The position numbers were made by a program, and so were the translations under genes. From positions 10,941-74,940 of the forward strand of contig MHAK01000018.1 of assembly GCA_001802945.1 (NCBI GenBank): a stretch of DNA of 64,000 bases, in the 5' to 3' direction. This document shows, piece after piece, positions 27,837 to 37,600 of the stretch. Origin of the DNA: Ignavibacteria bacterium RIFCSPLOWO2_12_FULL_56_21 (GTDB taxonomy: Bacteria > Bacteroidota > Ignavibacteria > UBA10030). The notes below the pieces were generated by a model that worked only from the letters and a program-made list of their open reading frames with translations, made no database searches and was not told the DNA's origin. Positions within the stretch are counted from its first letter, which is position 1, and every line of letters begins with the position of its first letter.

Positions 27837-28834
27837 CCGTATACCTCTGTAATACGGACGGGGGCTTCGGTATGAAACCGGTCAACAAGATGAGCAATGC
27901 ATCCGCCTTCGCAAAGTCCGCTTTCCCGATGCCGACACGTATCGCATTCCAAGCGCACCCCCCCGGATTCCTGCCGGACCAGTTTGTGCAATCTCTCATA
28001 GAATTGCCGGATATCCTGGAGCGAATTGAAATCATACAGAGACCTTCTCCGAAAACCGGAGAGAGGAAAACATGACCATACCGTCATATCGGGGCCGATG
28101 TCAATGGCCGGTCCGCAATTGAAATGCAAGTTGCCCTGACTGATCCGATACAGTATGCCCAGCTGCTCGTCGGAAAACAGGCACAAGGGCATTCCACAAT
28201 CAAACCCTATCGTAATATGAAACTGATCCAGGTTTGGGACAAACTGCATCAACCGCTGGGCCATGTGTTTGAGTTCATGGGAAGCCAGACAGCGATTGTG
28301 TTCGCCCGGAATCGGATGTGCAAGTCCGATCCGCAGGTGGCGTCGCGTGCCATACCGGTTGATGTAATCGAAGAGCACAGCGAGGTCGAAATCAGGGCGA
28401 TAGATATTGTATCCGAGCGAAGAGTGATGGCCGAACAATTCGAGGAATCGTTCTAACCGTTCGGTCTCTTTGTCGGAGGAGATGTCAGGCTGATTGACAT
28501 TGACAACAAAGGACAACTGATCCGGTGCAACATCCCGCAGATGTTTCCATGCATCGTCGAGGACAGGGGTCGACATGATGCCGCTCGTGAAGACCGAAAC
28601 ATGGAATTGACGGGCGATCAGGTATGCGACAAAATCGACGAAGTGTGGATTAAGGGTGGGTTCACCGCCGAGGAGCGAAATGTGTCGCTCATGCGATGAT
28701 TCAAGGAAGTCGATAACGTACAGGAAGTTTTCCCACGTCAGGCTTCCGTCCGGGGAAGGGTCGTTCATCTGCTCTCGCGCAAAACAGTATGGACAGGATC
28801 GAACGCATTTCCGTGTGAGGAGGAGGTTCGCCAT
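27833..28834 (-). CDS. Radical SAM / SPASM-domain protein
   Basis: CVRSCPYC (CxxxCxxC) near the N-terminus and C-terminal CDTCRHRESGLCEGGC SPASM motif. Start set at MANLLL (ATG 28834) because a consensus promoter lies inside the longer ORF-track extension. Confidence 0.78.
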   Translation of the reverse strand: MANLLLTRKCVRSCPYCFAREQMNDPSPDGSLTWENFLYVIDFLESSHERHISLLGGEPTLNPHFVDFVAYLIARQFHVSVFTSGIMSTPVLDDAWKHLRDVAPDQLSFVVNVNQPDISSDKETERLERFLELFGHHSSLGYNIYRPDFDLAVLFDYINRYGTRRHLRIGLAHPIPGEHNRCLASHELKHMAQRLMQFVPNLDQFHITIGFDCGMPLCLFSDEQLGILYRISQGNLHFNCGPAIDIGPDMTVWSCFPLSGFRRRSLYDFNSLQDIRQFYERLHKLVRQESGGVRLECDTCRHRESGLCEGGCIAHLVDRFHTEAPVRITEVYG

Positions 28835-28853
28835 AACGTGAGCAGCTTGACCG

Positions 28854-28882
28854 AATATATCTTTCCCACCTCTGAGTGTCAA
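28854..28882 (-). promoter_or_regulatory. Sigma-70-type promoter (TTGACA-17-TATATT) for the rSAM/peptide operon
   Basis: On the minus strand, TTGACA (plus coordinates 28877-28882), a 17-nt spacer, and TATATT (28854-28859), about 20 nt upstream of the MANLLL start codon. Confidence 0.55.
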
Positions 28883-28925
28883 GCAATTGAAGTTCCGGCG
28901 TCGGTCTGAGATGCGGCATTCACCA

Positions 28926-30896
28926 TCAGCTTTCTGTTTTCTTCAACTTCTCAATGAATTCGGATTCGATACTTTGAATGTGCTTTCCAAGATTTTCCCA
29001 TTCCTGCAAAAGCATAGTAAGCCGCAGTTTGCCCTTTTTGACCTCCTTTCCAGTTCTTTTCAGCTCATCGGACCGCTTGTAGGCATCGGGCTCGATCATT
29101 GCCCGTTCGAGCGCGCGGATTTCCCGTTCCAACTTGTCGATCTCCCGTTCCTTCTCTCGCAACTCTGTCATGAGCGGATGAAGTAGTCGACTCTTCTCCT
29201 GTCGCAGACCGGCCAAACGCCGCCGTTCATATTTGTCCGGACGGACGGCCTCGCTTGCGGACGCGGCTTTTCCCGACCATGCCTTCGCTTGTTCCTTCCT
29301 CCGCATTTCAACATACTCCGACACGGTCGAAAAAAACGTTCTCACACCCGAGGCTGAGACCTCAAGCACCGTATTGACGATCGGGTCAAGAAACCCGCGA
29401 TCATGGGAAACAATCACAAAGGACCCCGTATACGCCAGGAGTGCTTCCTGCAATATCGCTTTCGACCTGATGTCGAGGTGATTGGTCGGTTCGTCGAGAA
29501 GAAGTAAGTTGGAGGGACGGAGTAGCATGCGTGCCAAGGCGAGTCGGCTCTTTTCCCCGCCGGAGAGGACCTTAACCTTCTTGAAAACATCGTCGCCGTG
29601 GAACAAGAAGGAGCCCAGGATGGATCTGAGCTTTTTCCTGATCTCACCCTGGGCGACATCGTCCACGATCTCAAGGACTTCCTGGTTGGGATCCAGGTCG
29701 TCAGCCTGGTGCTGGGCGAAATACGAGAGCGTAAGATTATAGCCAGGGATTCTGTCGCCGGACTCAAAGGGTTCGATACCGGCCATGATGCGCAAAAGCG
29801 TTGATTTTCCCGCTCCGTTGACGCCGACGACGGCGATCCGGTCGCCGTTTCCCACTGTAAGAGAAATGCCGCGGAAGACTTCAGCCGAGCCGTACGACTT
29901 GACGATCTCCTTCAGCGACATCACTACCTTGCCCGACGACGGTGGTTCGGGGAAACTGAATGCGATCTCCTCCTGCCCCTCAACATCCTCGATCCTCTCC
30001 AATCTGTCGAGCTGCTTTATCCGGCTTTGCACTTGACGGGCTTTTGACGCCTTGTACCGGAATCGTTCGATGAAGCGTTCAGTATCCCGGATGCGATCCT
30101 GCTGTTTCTTCCGTTCCCGGCCGAGTTGTTCGTTGCGCTCGTCCAGCATGCTCACATACGAGGAATAATTGCCGCGATGATCATCCAAAGTACGCCGGCT
30201 CAAGCCAAGAGTACGAACGGTGGCGCGGTCAAGGAACACCGTATCGTGGGAAACGACGATGACAGCGCCGTCATAGGAAGCAAGATAGTCTTCCAGCCAT
30301 GCGAGGGACTCAATGTCCAGGTGATTCGTCGGCTCATCGAGGAGCAACACGGATGGTGTTTGTAAGAGCAGCTTTGCGAGCGCGATCCGCATCTGCCAGC
30401 CGCCGCTGAACTCCTCGGACTTGCGTGACAGGTCATTCACCGTAAATCCCAGGCCCATGAGCACTTTCTCGATCCTCGATCGCATGCGATATGCATCGAG
30501 GTCTTCGAGACGGTGCTGCAGTTCGCCAATCACTTCAAGGAGCTCGGCATGTTGATCCGAATCCGGCGCAATGGAATTCAGCGAGTTCACGCCTTCATCG
30601 AGTCGGGTCTGCAGGGAAATGAGATCTTCAAAAGCGGTCGCCGCTTCGTCGTACAGCGTCCTCCCTCGAAGTGCGATGTTTTCCTGCGGCAAATAGCCGA
30701 TCGTGACATAATGAGCGCTGGAGATCGATCCTTCGTCGGCCGGGAGTTCACCGGCAAGGACCCGCAGCAACGTGGTTTTGCCGCTGCCATTCGCTCCCAC
30801 AAGTCCAATTCGATCGTGAGGACGGATGAGAAACGAGACGTGCTCGAACAATGCCTGCCCGCCGACATGAACGGCGAGGTTGGAAACGGAAACCAT
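28926..30896 (-). CDS. ABC-F family ATPase (Uup-like, tandem ABC domains with C-terminal coiled coil)
   Basis: Two Walker A motifs (GANGSGKTTLL, GVNGAGKSTLL), ABC-F signature FSGGWQMR, and a charged coiled-coil C-terminus. Start set at MVSVSNL (30896); the 150-aa ORF-track N-terminal extension has no similarity. Confidence 0.8.
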   Translation of the reverse strand: MVSVSNLAVHVGGQALFEHVSFLIRPHDRIGLVGANGSGKTTLLRVLAGELPADEGSISSAHYVTIGYLPQENIALRGRTLYDEAATAFEDLISLQTRLDEGVNSLNSIAPDSDQHAELLEVIGELQHRLEDLDAYRMRSRIEKVLMGLGFTVNDLSRKSEEFSGGWQMRIALAKLLLQTPSVLLLDEPTNHLDIESLAWLEDYLASYDGAVIVVSHDTVFLDRATVRTLGLSRRTLDDHRGNYSSYVSMLDERNEQLGRERKKQQDRIRDTERFIERFRYKASKARQVQSRIKQLDRLERIEDVEGQEEIAFSFPEPPSSGKVVMSLKEIVKSYGSAEVFRGISLTVGNGDRIAVVGVNGAGKSTLLRIMAGIEPFESGDRIPGYNLTLSYFAQHQADDLDPNQEVLEIVDDVAQGEIRKKLRSILGSFLFHGDDVFKKVKVLSGGEKSRLALARMLLRPSNLLLLDEPTNHLDIRSKAILQEALLAYTGSFVIVSHDRGFLDPIVNTVLEVSASGVRTFFSTVSEYVEMRRKEQAKAWSGKAASASEAVRPDKYERRRLAGLRQEKSRLLHPLMTELREKEREIDKLEREIRALERAMIEPDAYKRSDELKRTGKEVKKGKLRLTMLLQEWENLGKHIQSIESEFIEKLKKTES

Positions 30897-30974
30897 GGAA
30901 GTACGAAGTAACCCGGGAAATGTGAGCAATAAAACTACTGTGGTCTTGGTCCAGATGCAACGCTTTCCTTTCGG

Positions 30975-31331
30975 ATGATTTTTTCGGTTCTTCCAAGCGA
31001 ACTGGACCTCACGATGATCCTCATTCTCTGGCGGTTCACTGCGAAATCGGATTCCGTCGACACTTTTGCTCAAATGTACGACAGCTCCGGCCCGTGGGTT
31101 GACATTTTCCGTCGTTACCATGGTTATCTTGGTACGGAGCTCCACCGATCGGTCGACGATGTGCGGGTGTTCATGACGATCGACAGATGGGAAGACAGAT
31201 GGTCGTATGAGACGTTTCTGGCAAACCATGACCCCGAGTATACGGCGCTCGACAAACGATGCCAGGAGCTGACGGAATCCGAAGATTTTGTCGGGCTCTA
31301 TGAAAATGTAACCGCCGTACCGGGCGAATGA
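30975..31331 (+). CDS. Small ABM-like (antibiotic biosynthesis monooxygenase / dimeric alpha+beta barrel) protein
   Basis: About 105-118 aa with ferredoxin-like ABM pattern (…LILWRF…FAQMY…FMTIDRWEDRWSYETF); weak assignment. Confidence 0.4.
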   Translation: MIFSVLPSELDLTMILILWRFTAKSDSVDTFAQMYDSSGPWVDIFRRYHGYLGTELHRSVDDVRVFMTIDRWEDRWSYETFLANHDPEYTALDKRCQELTESEDFVGLYENVTAVPGE

Positions 31332-33172
31332 AGTTGGCCGATTCACACTCTTACTTTGAGGAAGCCATGCGTAGCCGTCTCTTACTTACAGGATTGATAC
31401 TGATCATCGCCACAGGCGTGGACGCCCAGAACACATCCCGTTCCGGACGGACAGTCGCGGAGGCCAAGGTCTTTGTCGATTCCGCGGAACAACGATTACG
31501 AGAATTGTGGGTCCGATCGTCGCGGGCTTCATGGGTGCAGAACAATTTCATCACCGACGACACAGAAGCACTTGCAGCGGATGCACAGAAGGACGTGACT
31601 GCGGCAAGCGTCGCGTTCGCAAAAGGAGCGGCGCGATTCGACGGTGTGAAGTTACCGTATGAGATCGAACGCAAATTGAAGCTCCTGAAACTGTCGCTGA
31701 CGCTTCCCGCGCCTTCCAACGACAACGATCAACAAGAAGTGACGCAGATCGCCGTCTCTCTTGAAAGCGACTATGGCAAGGGAAAATTCTCAACTCAGAA
31801 CGGGACAGTATATACTCTGAACGATGCGTCGCGTGTCATGGCGACCAGCAGAAACTACGACACGTTGCTCCTGATGTGGAAGGGATGGCATGAAGTCGCA
31901 CGTCCAATGCGTGAACGATATACCCGTCTCGCAAAGTTGACGAACAAGGGGGCGAAAGAGCTTGGGTTCGCCGACGTCGGATCGCTCTGGCGGTCGAACT
32001 ACGATATGCCTCCCGGCGAGTTTGCGAAGGAGATCGACCGATTGTGGCTGCAAGTGAAGCCGCTGTACGACGCTCTCCATGCCTATGTTCGGACCGCACT
32101 CGCGAAAGAATATGGAAAAGGGAAGGTGGAGCGGGGGGGACGAATTCCCGCACACCTCCTGGGAAATATGTGGGCTCAGAGCTGGCTGAATATCTATCCC
32201 CTCGTGGCTCCCCCGTCTGGCGATCCGGGATACGATCTGACAAAGATTCTCCAGGAGAGAAAAGCGACGGAAGAGGACCTCGTCCATATCGGGGAAAGAT
32301 TCTTTGTCTCGATCGGTTTTGACCCGCTGCCTGCTTCGTTTTGGACACGGTCGCTCTTTCGAAAGCCGCAGGATCGGGAGGTCATATGTCATGCGTCCGC
32401 CTGGAGCATTGACTTCCACGACGACTTGCGGATCAAGATGTGCATTGAAGTGAACGATGAGGATTTTCAGACGATCCACCACGAATTGGGGCACAACTTT
32501 TACCAGCGTGCGTACAACGGCCAGCCGTTGTTGTTCCAGGGGAGCGCTAACGACGGGTTCCATGAGGCACTTGGCGACGCGGTTGCGCTGTCGCTGAGCC
32601 CGGAATACCTGCAGCAGCTCGGCATGATCTCGACGGTGCCGGATGCTTCGGGGGACCTCGGCTTGCTGATGAAGATGGCACTGGATAAGGTCGCATTCCT
32701 CCCGTTCGGGCTTGTCGTCGATCAGTGGCGATGGAAAGTATTTTCGGGCGAGATCAGTCCCAACGAGTACAACTCGTCCTGGTGGTCGTTGCGGGAAAAA
32801 TATCAGGGGGTTCAAGCGCCGGTAGAGCGAACGGAGAAAGATTTCGACCCCGGAGCGAAATTCCACGTTGCGGGAAGCGTTCCATACACCCGGTATTTTA
32901 TTTCGACGATCCTTCAGTTCCAGTTCCACAGGGCTTTGGCCAGAGAGATGGGGCACACCGGACCGATTCACAGGGCGTCGATCTACAACAACAAGCGGGC
33001 GGGAGAAAAACTCAAAGCAATGATGGCTATGGGACAAAGCCGTCCATGGCAGGAGGCTTTGGAGGCACTAACCGGAGAGAAACAGATGGACGCAAGCGCC
33101 ATTGTCGATTATTTCGCGCCCCTGAAACGTTGGCTGGATGAGCAGAACAAAGGACAGAAGGTGGGATATTGA
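31328..33172 (+). CDS. Peptidase M2 family (angiotensin-converting-enzyme-like dipeptidyl carboxypeptidase)
   Basis: N-terminal signal peptide, zinc motif HHELGHNFYQ and downstream EALGDAVALS, as in ACE/XcACE. Confidence 0.75.
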   Translation: MKLADSHSYFEEAMRSRLLLTGLILIIATGVDAQNTSRSGRTVAEAKVFVDSAEQRLRELWVRSSRASWVQNNFITDDTEALAADAQKDVTAASVAFAKGAARFDGVKLPYEIERKLKLLKLSLTLPAPSNDNDQQEVTQIAVSLESDYGKGKFSTQNGTVYTLNDASRVMATSRNYDTLLLMWKGWHEVARPMRERYTRLAKLTNKGAKELGFADVGSLWRSNYDMPPGEFAKEIDRLWLQVKPLYDALHAYVRTALAKEYGKGKVERGGRIPAHLLGNMWAQSWLNIYPLVAPPSGDPGYDLTKILQERKATEEDLVHIGERFFVSIGFDPLPASFWTRSLFRKPQDREVICHASAWSIDFHDDLRIKMCIEVNDEDFQTIHHELGHNFYQRAYNGQPLLFQGSANDGFHEALGDAVALSLSPEYLQQLGMISTVPDASGDLGLLMKMALDKVAFLPFGLVVDQWRWKVFSGEISPNEYNSSWWSLREKYQGVQAPVERTEKDFDPGAKFHVAGSVPYTRYFISTILQFQFHRALAREMGHTGPIHRASIYNNKRAGEKLKAMMAMGQSRPWQEALEALTGEKQMDASAIVDYFAPLKRWLDEQNKGQKVGY

Positions 33173-34470
33173 AAACGAGACTCTGTGGTTCCATTGAATG
33201 CACGCGACTCAGTGTCAAGGCGGCGTATGGACACGCGACGAAGGTTTTGCTCGTCGGATGTGTTCTTTGGCTTGCGGCACATCAGCCGCTCGCCGGTCAG
33301 CATGGTTCCCTAATCGGCTTCGCACACGAATCTTCGGCAAACTCATTCGTCGTCGTTGTGTCGGACGACAGCATTCAGACGCGAACGATTCGCAAAGGCA
33401 TTATTCATACCGAGTACACGCTGACAGGCCCGTACACACTCGACGTTCTGACCGTGGATCTCACGTCGACTGCGTGCCGCATCGGTACATTCCGACCGGA
33501 CAGCCTCACGCGAACATCCGTGCAAGCGAGGCAGAACAGCGTCGGAGCGAAGAACGTCGTCACGGCGATCAATGCGGATTTTTTTTCGTTCTCGACACAC
33601 TGGCCCCAAGGCAATCAAGTCAAGGAAGGAATGATGATACACGGTACTCTGTCCAACCGGCGTTCGCACTTCGTCACCGATGTGACCGGTCGGCCGTATT
33701 TGACCACGTTGACTTTTCATGGGTCAGTGATGTCGACGATGGGAAAGGTTTTGACAATTGACGGAGTCAACCTCCACAGGGATTCTGGCACGATCGTGCT
33801 GTACAATATGTATAGGGGTCAAAGGATCAGAAGAGATTCGACGGGGTGGGAGATGCCCCTTCGCATCCTCAGCGATAAGTGGGTTACGAACGATACAATG
33901 CGTTTTGTCGTCGGTGGTGTGCAGGCGGGAGGAACGTCGTCGATCAGAGATGGGAATGCCGTCCTTGCGTTCGGTGCGGAGTCTGCGGGGAACATGAAAA
34001 ACTTCGCTGACGGCGATACGGTCCGGTTGTATATAGGATTTCGTGAGATTCCGGGACGCGTCGCGGAGGTTATCGGCGGGTCGGGAAGGATACTGTGGAA
34101 CGGAGAGATTGCGGACAACAATTTCCGGCGGGCAGAGTCGCTCGGTCAGGCCTTTCTACGGACCCGTCATCCTCGGACGTTTCTCGCGATTGACAAGGAC
34201 ACAACACGATTGTACTTATGCACAGTGGACGGACGTCAGAAGACGAGCATCGGAATGAACTTTGAAGAGATGGCGAAGTTCCTGCTGTCCATAGGCGCAT
34301 GGAATGCCATCAATCTGGACGGCGGAGGATCGACGACCATGGTGATCGACGGCCAGATCGTAAACTCTCCCTCTGACAAATCGGGGGAACGGGCAGTCGC
34401 AAATTCGCTGCAGGTGATTGAAGAAAGAGAATACAACCCATCTCAAAAACTGCACCCCGGAAAAGAATGA
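33169..34470 (+). CDS. Phosphodiester glycosidase family protein (NAGPA-like, DUF2233)
   Basis: C-terminal NLDGGGSTTM motif and overall similarity to the N-acetylglucosamine-1-phosphodiester alpha-N-acetylglucosaminidase-like domain. Confidence 0.6.
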   Translation: MKTRLCGSIECTRLSVKAAYGHATKVLLVGCVLWLAAHQPLAGQHGSLIGFAHESSANSFVVVVSDDSIQTRTIRKGIIHTEYTLTGPYTLDVLTVDLTSTACRIGTFRPDSLTRTSVQARQNSVGAKNVVTAINADFFSFSTHWPQGNQVKEGMMIHGTLSNRRSHFVTDVTGRPYLTTLTFHGSVMSTMGKVLTIDGVNLHRDSGTIVLYNMYRGQRIRRDSTGWEMPLRILSDKWVTNDTMRFVVGGVQAGGTSSIRDGNAVLAFGAESAGNMKNFADGDTVRLYIGFREIPGRVAEVIGGSGRILWNGEIADNNFRRAESLGQAFLRTRHPRTFLAIDKDTTRLYLCTVDGRQKTSIGMNFEEMAKFLLSIGAWNAINLDGGGSTTMVIDGQIVNSPSDKSGERAVANSLQVIEEREYNPSQKLHPGKE

Positions 34471-34660
34471 GCCACAAAAATGCACCCCGGCCACGCTCCG
34501 TCTCGCTACGCTCGACGAGAGCTTTCAGCCCGAGGCTCGGCCGAGGGCGGGCAGAACGCACAAAAATCGATTTTGTGCCTTTTGTGGCAAATGTTTTTGA
34601 GATGGCTTCTCATATCCCGGCGAAAAACGAGGTGTGCGGAAGGAAGCGATCACCGACGCA

Positions 34661-37600
34661 TTACTTGTGTTTGCCGGTAAGAGTCAGACGGAGGGTCTTG
34701 ATCTCGAAGGGTTTGAACTTGAGGCCTAGCCGGGCGCCCTTCAGTGGAAGGGGCTTGATGTCCCGTTCGATCAGGTCGCATTCAGAGACTAATAGAGGCT
34801 TGTGTCCAAATGCAATGGACGCGTCGGTCGAACGACCGTGAGCCTCGTACAAGCGAACAATGACGCCGGCGCCATCTTCCGAGATCTTCAGCGCCGTGCA
34901 ATGTATGTTGGCTCGATTCAGCGTGAAGATCGACTCTTGCGCTTTGAGCGGTGTGCCAGAATAGACCTGCACCGGGACGTTGATTCCGCGCGCAGTCGCA
35001 GTAACGTTTGCAGAACGCCAATCGCCGGCAAACGGGACCAGGGAATACGTAAACAGGTGGTCTTCCTGGTCGGTCGTCTCAGGCGCAGTCATGTGACGCG
35101 GGTCGATGGGATGAGGGAAGCGGGGTGAGCGCAGGAGCGTTATACGTAGTGCATTGTCCCTGCAATCGTAGCCGTACTTGCCGTCGTTCACGACTGCTCC
35201 GCCGTATTTACCATCGCTCAATGACGCCCACCGTTGAGTCGGGACCTCGAATTTGGCTTTGTCTTCGGGTACTTTTGATCGTGTCGGCCGGCTCACGACT
35301 CCAAACTGGGTCTCGTATGTGGCGTTGGGGGGACGGACCGACAATGGGAATGCCGCCTTCAGCAATGTCTGGTGCTCCCTCCAGCGGACCGAGGTCTCAA
35401 AGTCCACGCGCGACGTTTTGTGGAACAATCGTATGTGCTGGACAATATACGTTCCGGAAGCGGTTCGGAATTCCTGCCGCAGCGTTCCCCGCAACGGCCC
35501 GGCTTCGACGACCTTCGATCCCTTGAACTGAAGCACGGCGAGTTTGTTCCGCTCGACGTCCGCATCAAGATCCCAGGCCTCCCACTCCTTTGGTACGTCC
35601 TTGAACGTTTGCAGGGTGTTTGCCCGTTTTCCCTTCTGCACCAACTCCCGTCGAATCGACTTGTCATACACGGAACTCAGTCCGCCCCGATTGTCAAATC
35701 GGATGCGCAGTCGCGGTGTTTCTATGAATCGCTGGGACATTTTCCACGTGCCCGCGGAAGGAACAGGAGACTCCTGCGCGGCTTTTACCGTGAATGATGT
35801 GAACCCGAACGCGGGTACATCCGGCAGAAAGACGAGTAATTTGCATGAGATCTTCGTCCGTTCAAGAAGCTGGAAATCAAGAGGGGTCCCGTCGTCGGCG
35901 TGAACGCTCCACCCAGTACTCACGTTCGGAACGTCGACTTCGATGTAGGTTGGACGCGAATAGGAAAGCGAATTGAACGCGGTGAACGTGTGCGAGCCTT
36001 TCGTGTCCGTACCGGCGTGCAAAAGCCCCCTGGCAGCTTTTGCCGCGACTGTGGACGCCGCCTTCCGGACTTCGTTAAGGTCGAGTCGGGCATCATCCAT
36101 GGCCTCACGAATGGATGTTCCGGTGACGATATTGTGAGACTGATTCTGGAGAAGCAGCTTCCAGGCGCGGGAAAGGTCGGAGGTCCAGGCGGGGGAGGCT
36201 CCTGGCAGGGTCGACCGCAGCACGGTGAGAACTTCAGCGACATACAGATCGCGTTCGGCCTCGCGATTCGCCCGTTTGATCCATCCATGGGTTGTATACG
36301 TTCCCCTGTGCTTCTCCAGGTACAATTCCTTCTTCCAAACGGGGAATGTGTCGGAACGAGCTGCAAGTTCTTTGAAGAAAGCCGCCGGACCGCTGAGTTT
36401 CGACGGAACAAGTCCGGGAGTTTTCGAGAGCACGCCGGCAACGTCGAGTTCTTCTGTAGTAACGCCAACGCCATTGGCGTACCCAAAGGTCTGAAGAACC
36501 GGGGCAGGGTCCTCGTCCACTTCGACGGCTTTGGCCGTTTTCAAGAGGTCTTTGGGCGTCAAGCGGGCTTCAAGCCCTTGCGGAGGGATGTGAACGAGTA
36601 TGCGGCTTCCGTCCAATCCTTCCCACCAGAAAGATGAGTACGGGAATGTGGTGGTATCGTTCCACAGGAGTTTTGTGGTGAAGAAATAGTTGATTCCCGC
36701 CTTCTTCATGATCTGTGGGAGAGAAGGAGGGAAACCGGATGAGTCGGGAAGCCACAGAACTTCGGTCGATTGTCCGAATTCTGACTGAAGAAAGCGCATA
36801 CCATGGAGAAGATGACGTACGAGGGACTCGCCCGAAGGAATGTTGCAGTCGGGTTCAACCCATGTTGCGGCCGCCGTTTCCCACCTTCCGGCCGAAACGT
36901 AGTTCCTAACTTCTTTATACAGCGGCGGGAAATGCCGCTTTGCCAGGTCGTACAGGAGCGCCTGGCTTTGGGAGTATGTATACTCCGGAAATTCCTCGAG
37001 CTGCCTGATGGCGGTGGAAAACGAGCGTCCGCATTTCCGGATGGTTTCTTGCAGACGCCCTAGCCGGGCAACGTCGAGATGCGATTGTCCGACGAGATGT
37101 ATGGACCCCTGGCGGACTTCCGTGTATTCCGTGGCGACTGTTGACTGGAGAAAAGACAACGCGCGCACGATGGCATTTGGGTATTCTTCGCCATCGGGGG
37201 AAAAGTACTTCAGAAAGATCAGTGTGCGGCGAATGAGTTCCCGAACTTCGCTCAGGCCAGGGAGGCCATGTTCGAGAAGTTTTTCCAGCTCGTGCAGCGA
37301 ATTCAGATTGTTGGTGAGCGCGCGGGCGGTCGTGTTGACTTCAACAAGCTCGGCAGTGCCAAATTGGTGATTCCGATCGGAGCGGTCGGAATATGCCTCT
37401 ACGGCAAAAAGGAAATCCTGATTCCGACGGGCCTTGTGAGCGAGGAGAACTTCACAATGTTGCGGATCGACCCCGGAGAGCGGCGCTCCGTTGACATAGA
37501 GAAGGGCATCCGGAAGAGCAAGCCGCAGGGCAATCGTTTTGCCGGCAAATTCTTCAGGAATCCTGATAGAAGAACGAAACCAGATATTCCTGTCATTCTT

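Noticed and set aside
28926-31346. 806-aa version of the ABC-F gene from the ORF track
   Set aside because: The first 150 codons have no ABC-F similarity. The conserved N-terminus MVSVSNL begins at the internal ATG (30896), which also avoids overlap with the divergent ABM-like gene.
34447-34495. Short direct repeat AAAA(C)TGCACCCCGG occurring twice, about 30 nt apart, between convergent genes
   Set aside because: Only two copies of a 15-nt motif in a convergent intergenic region next to a small terminator-like hairpin; too short to interpret and plausibly chance or part of a terminator.
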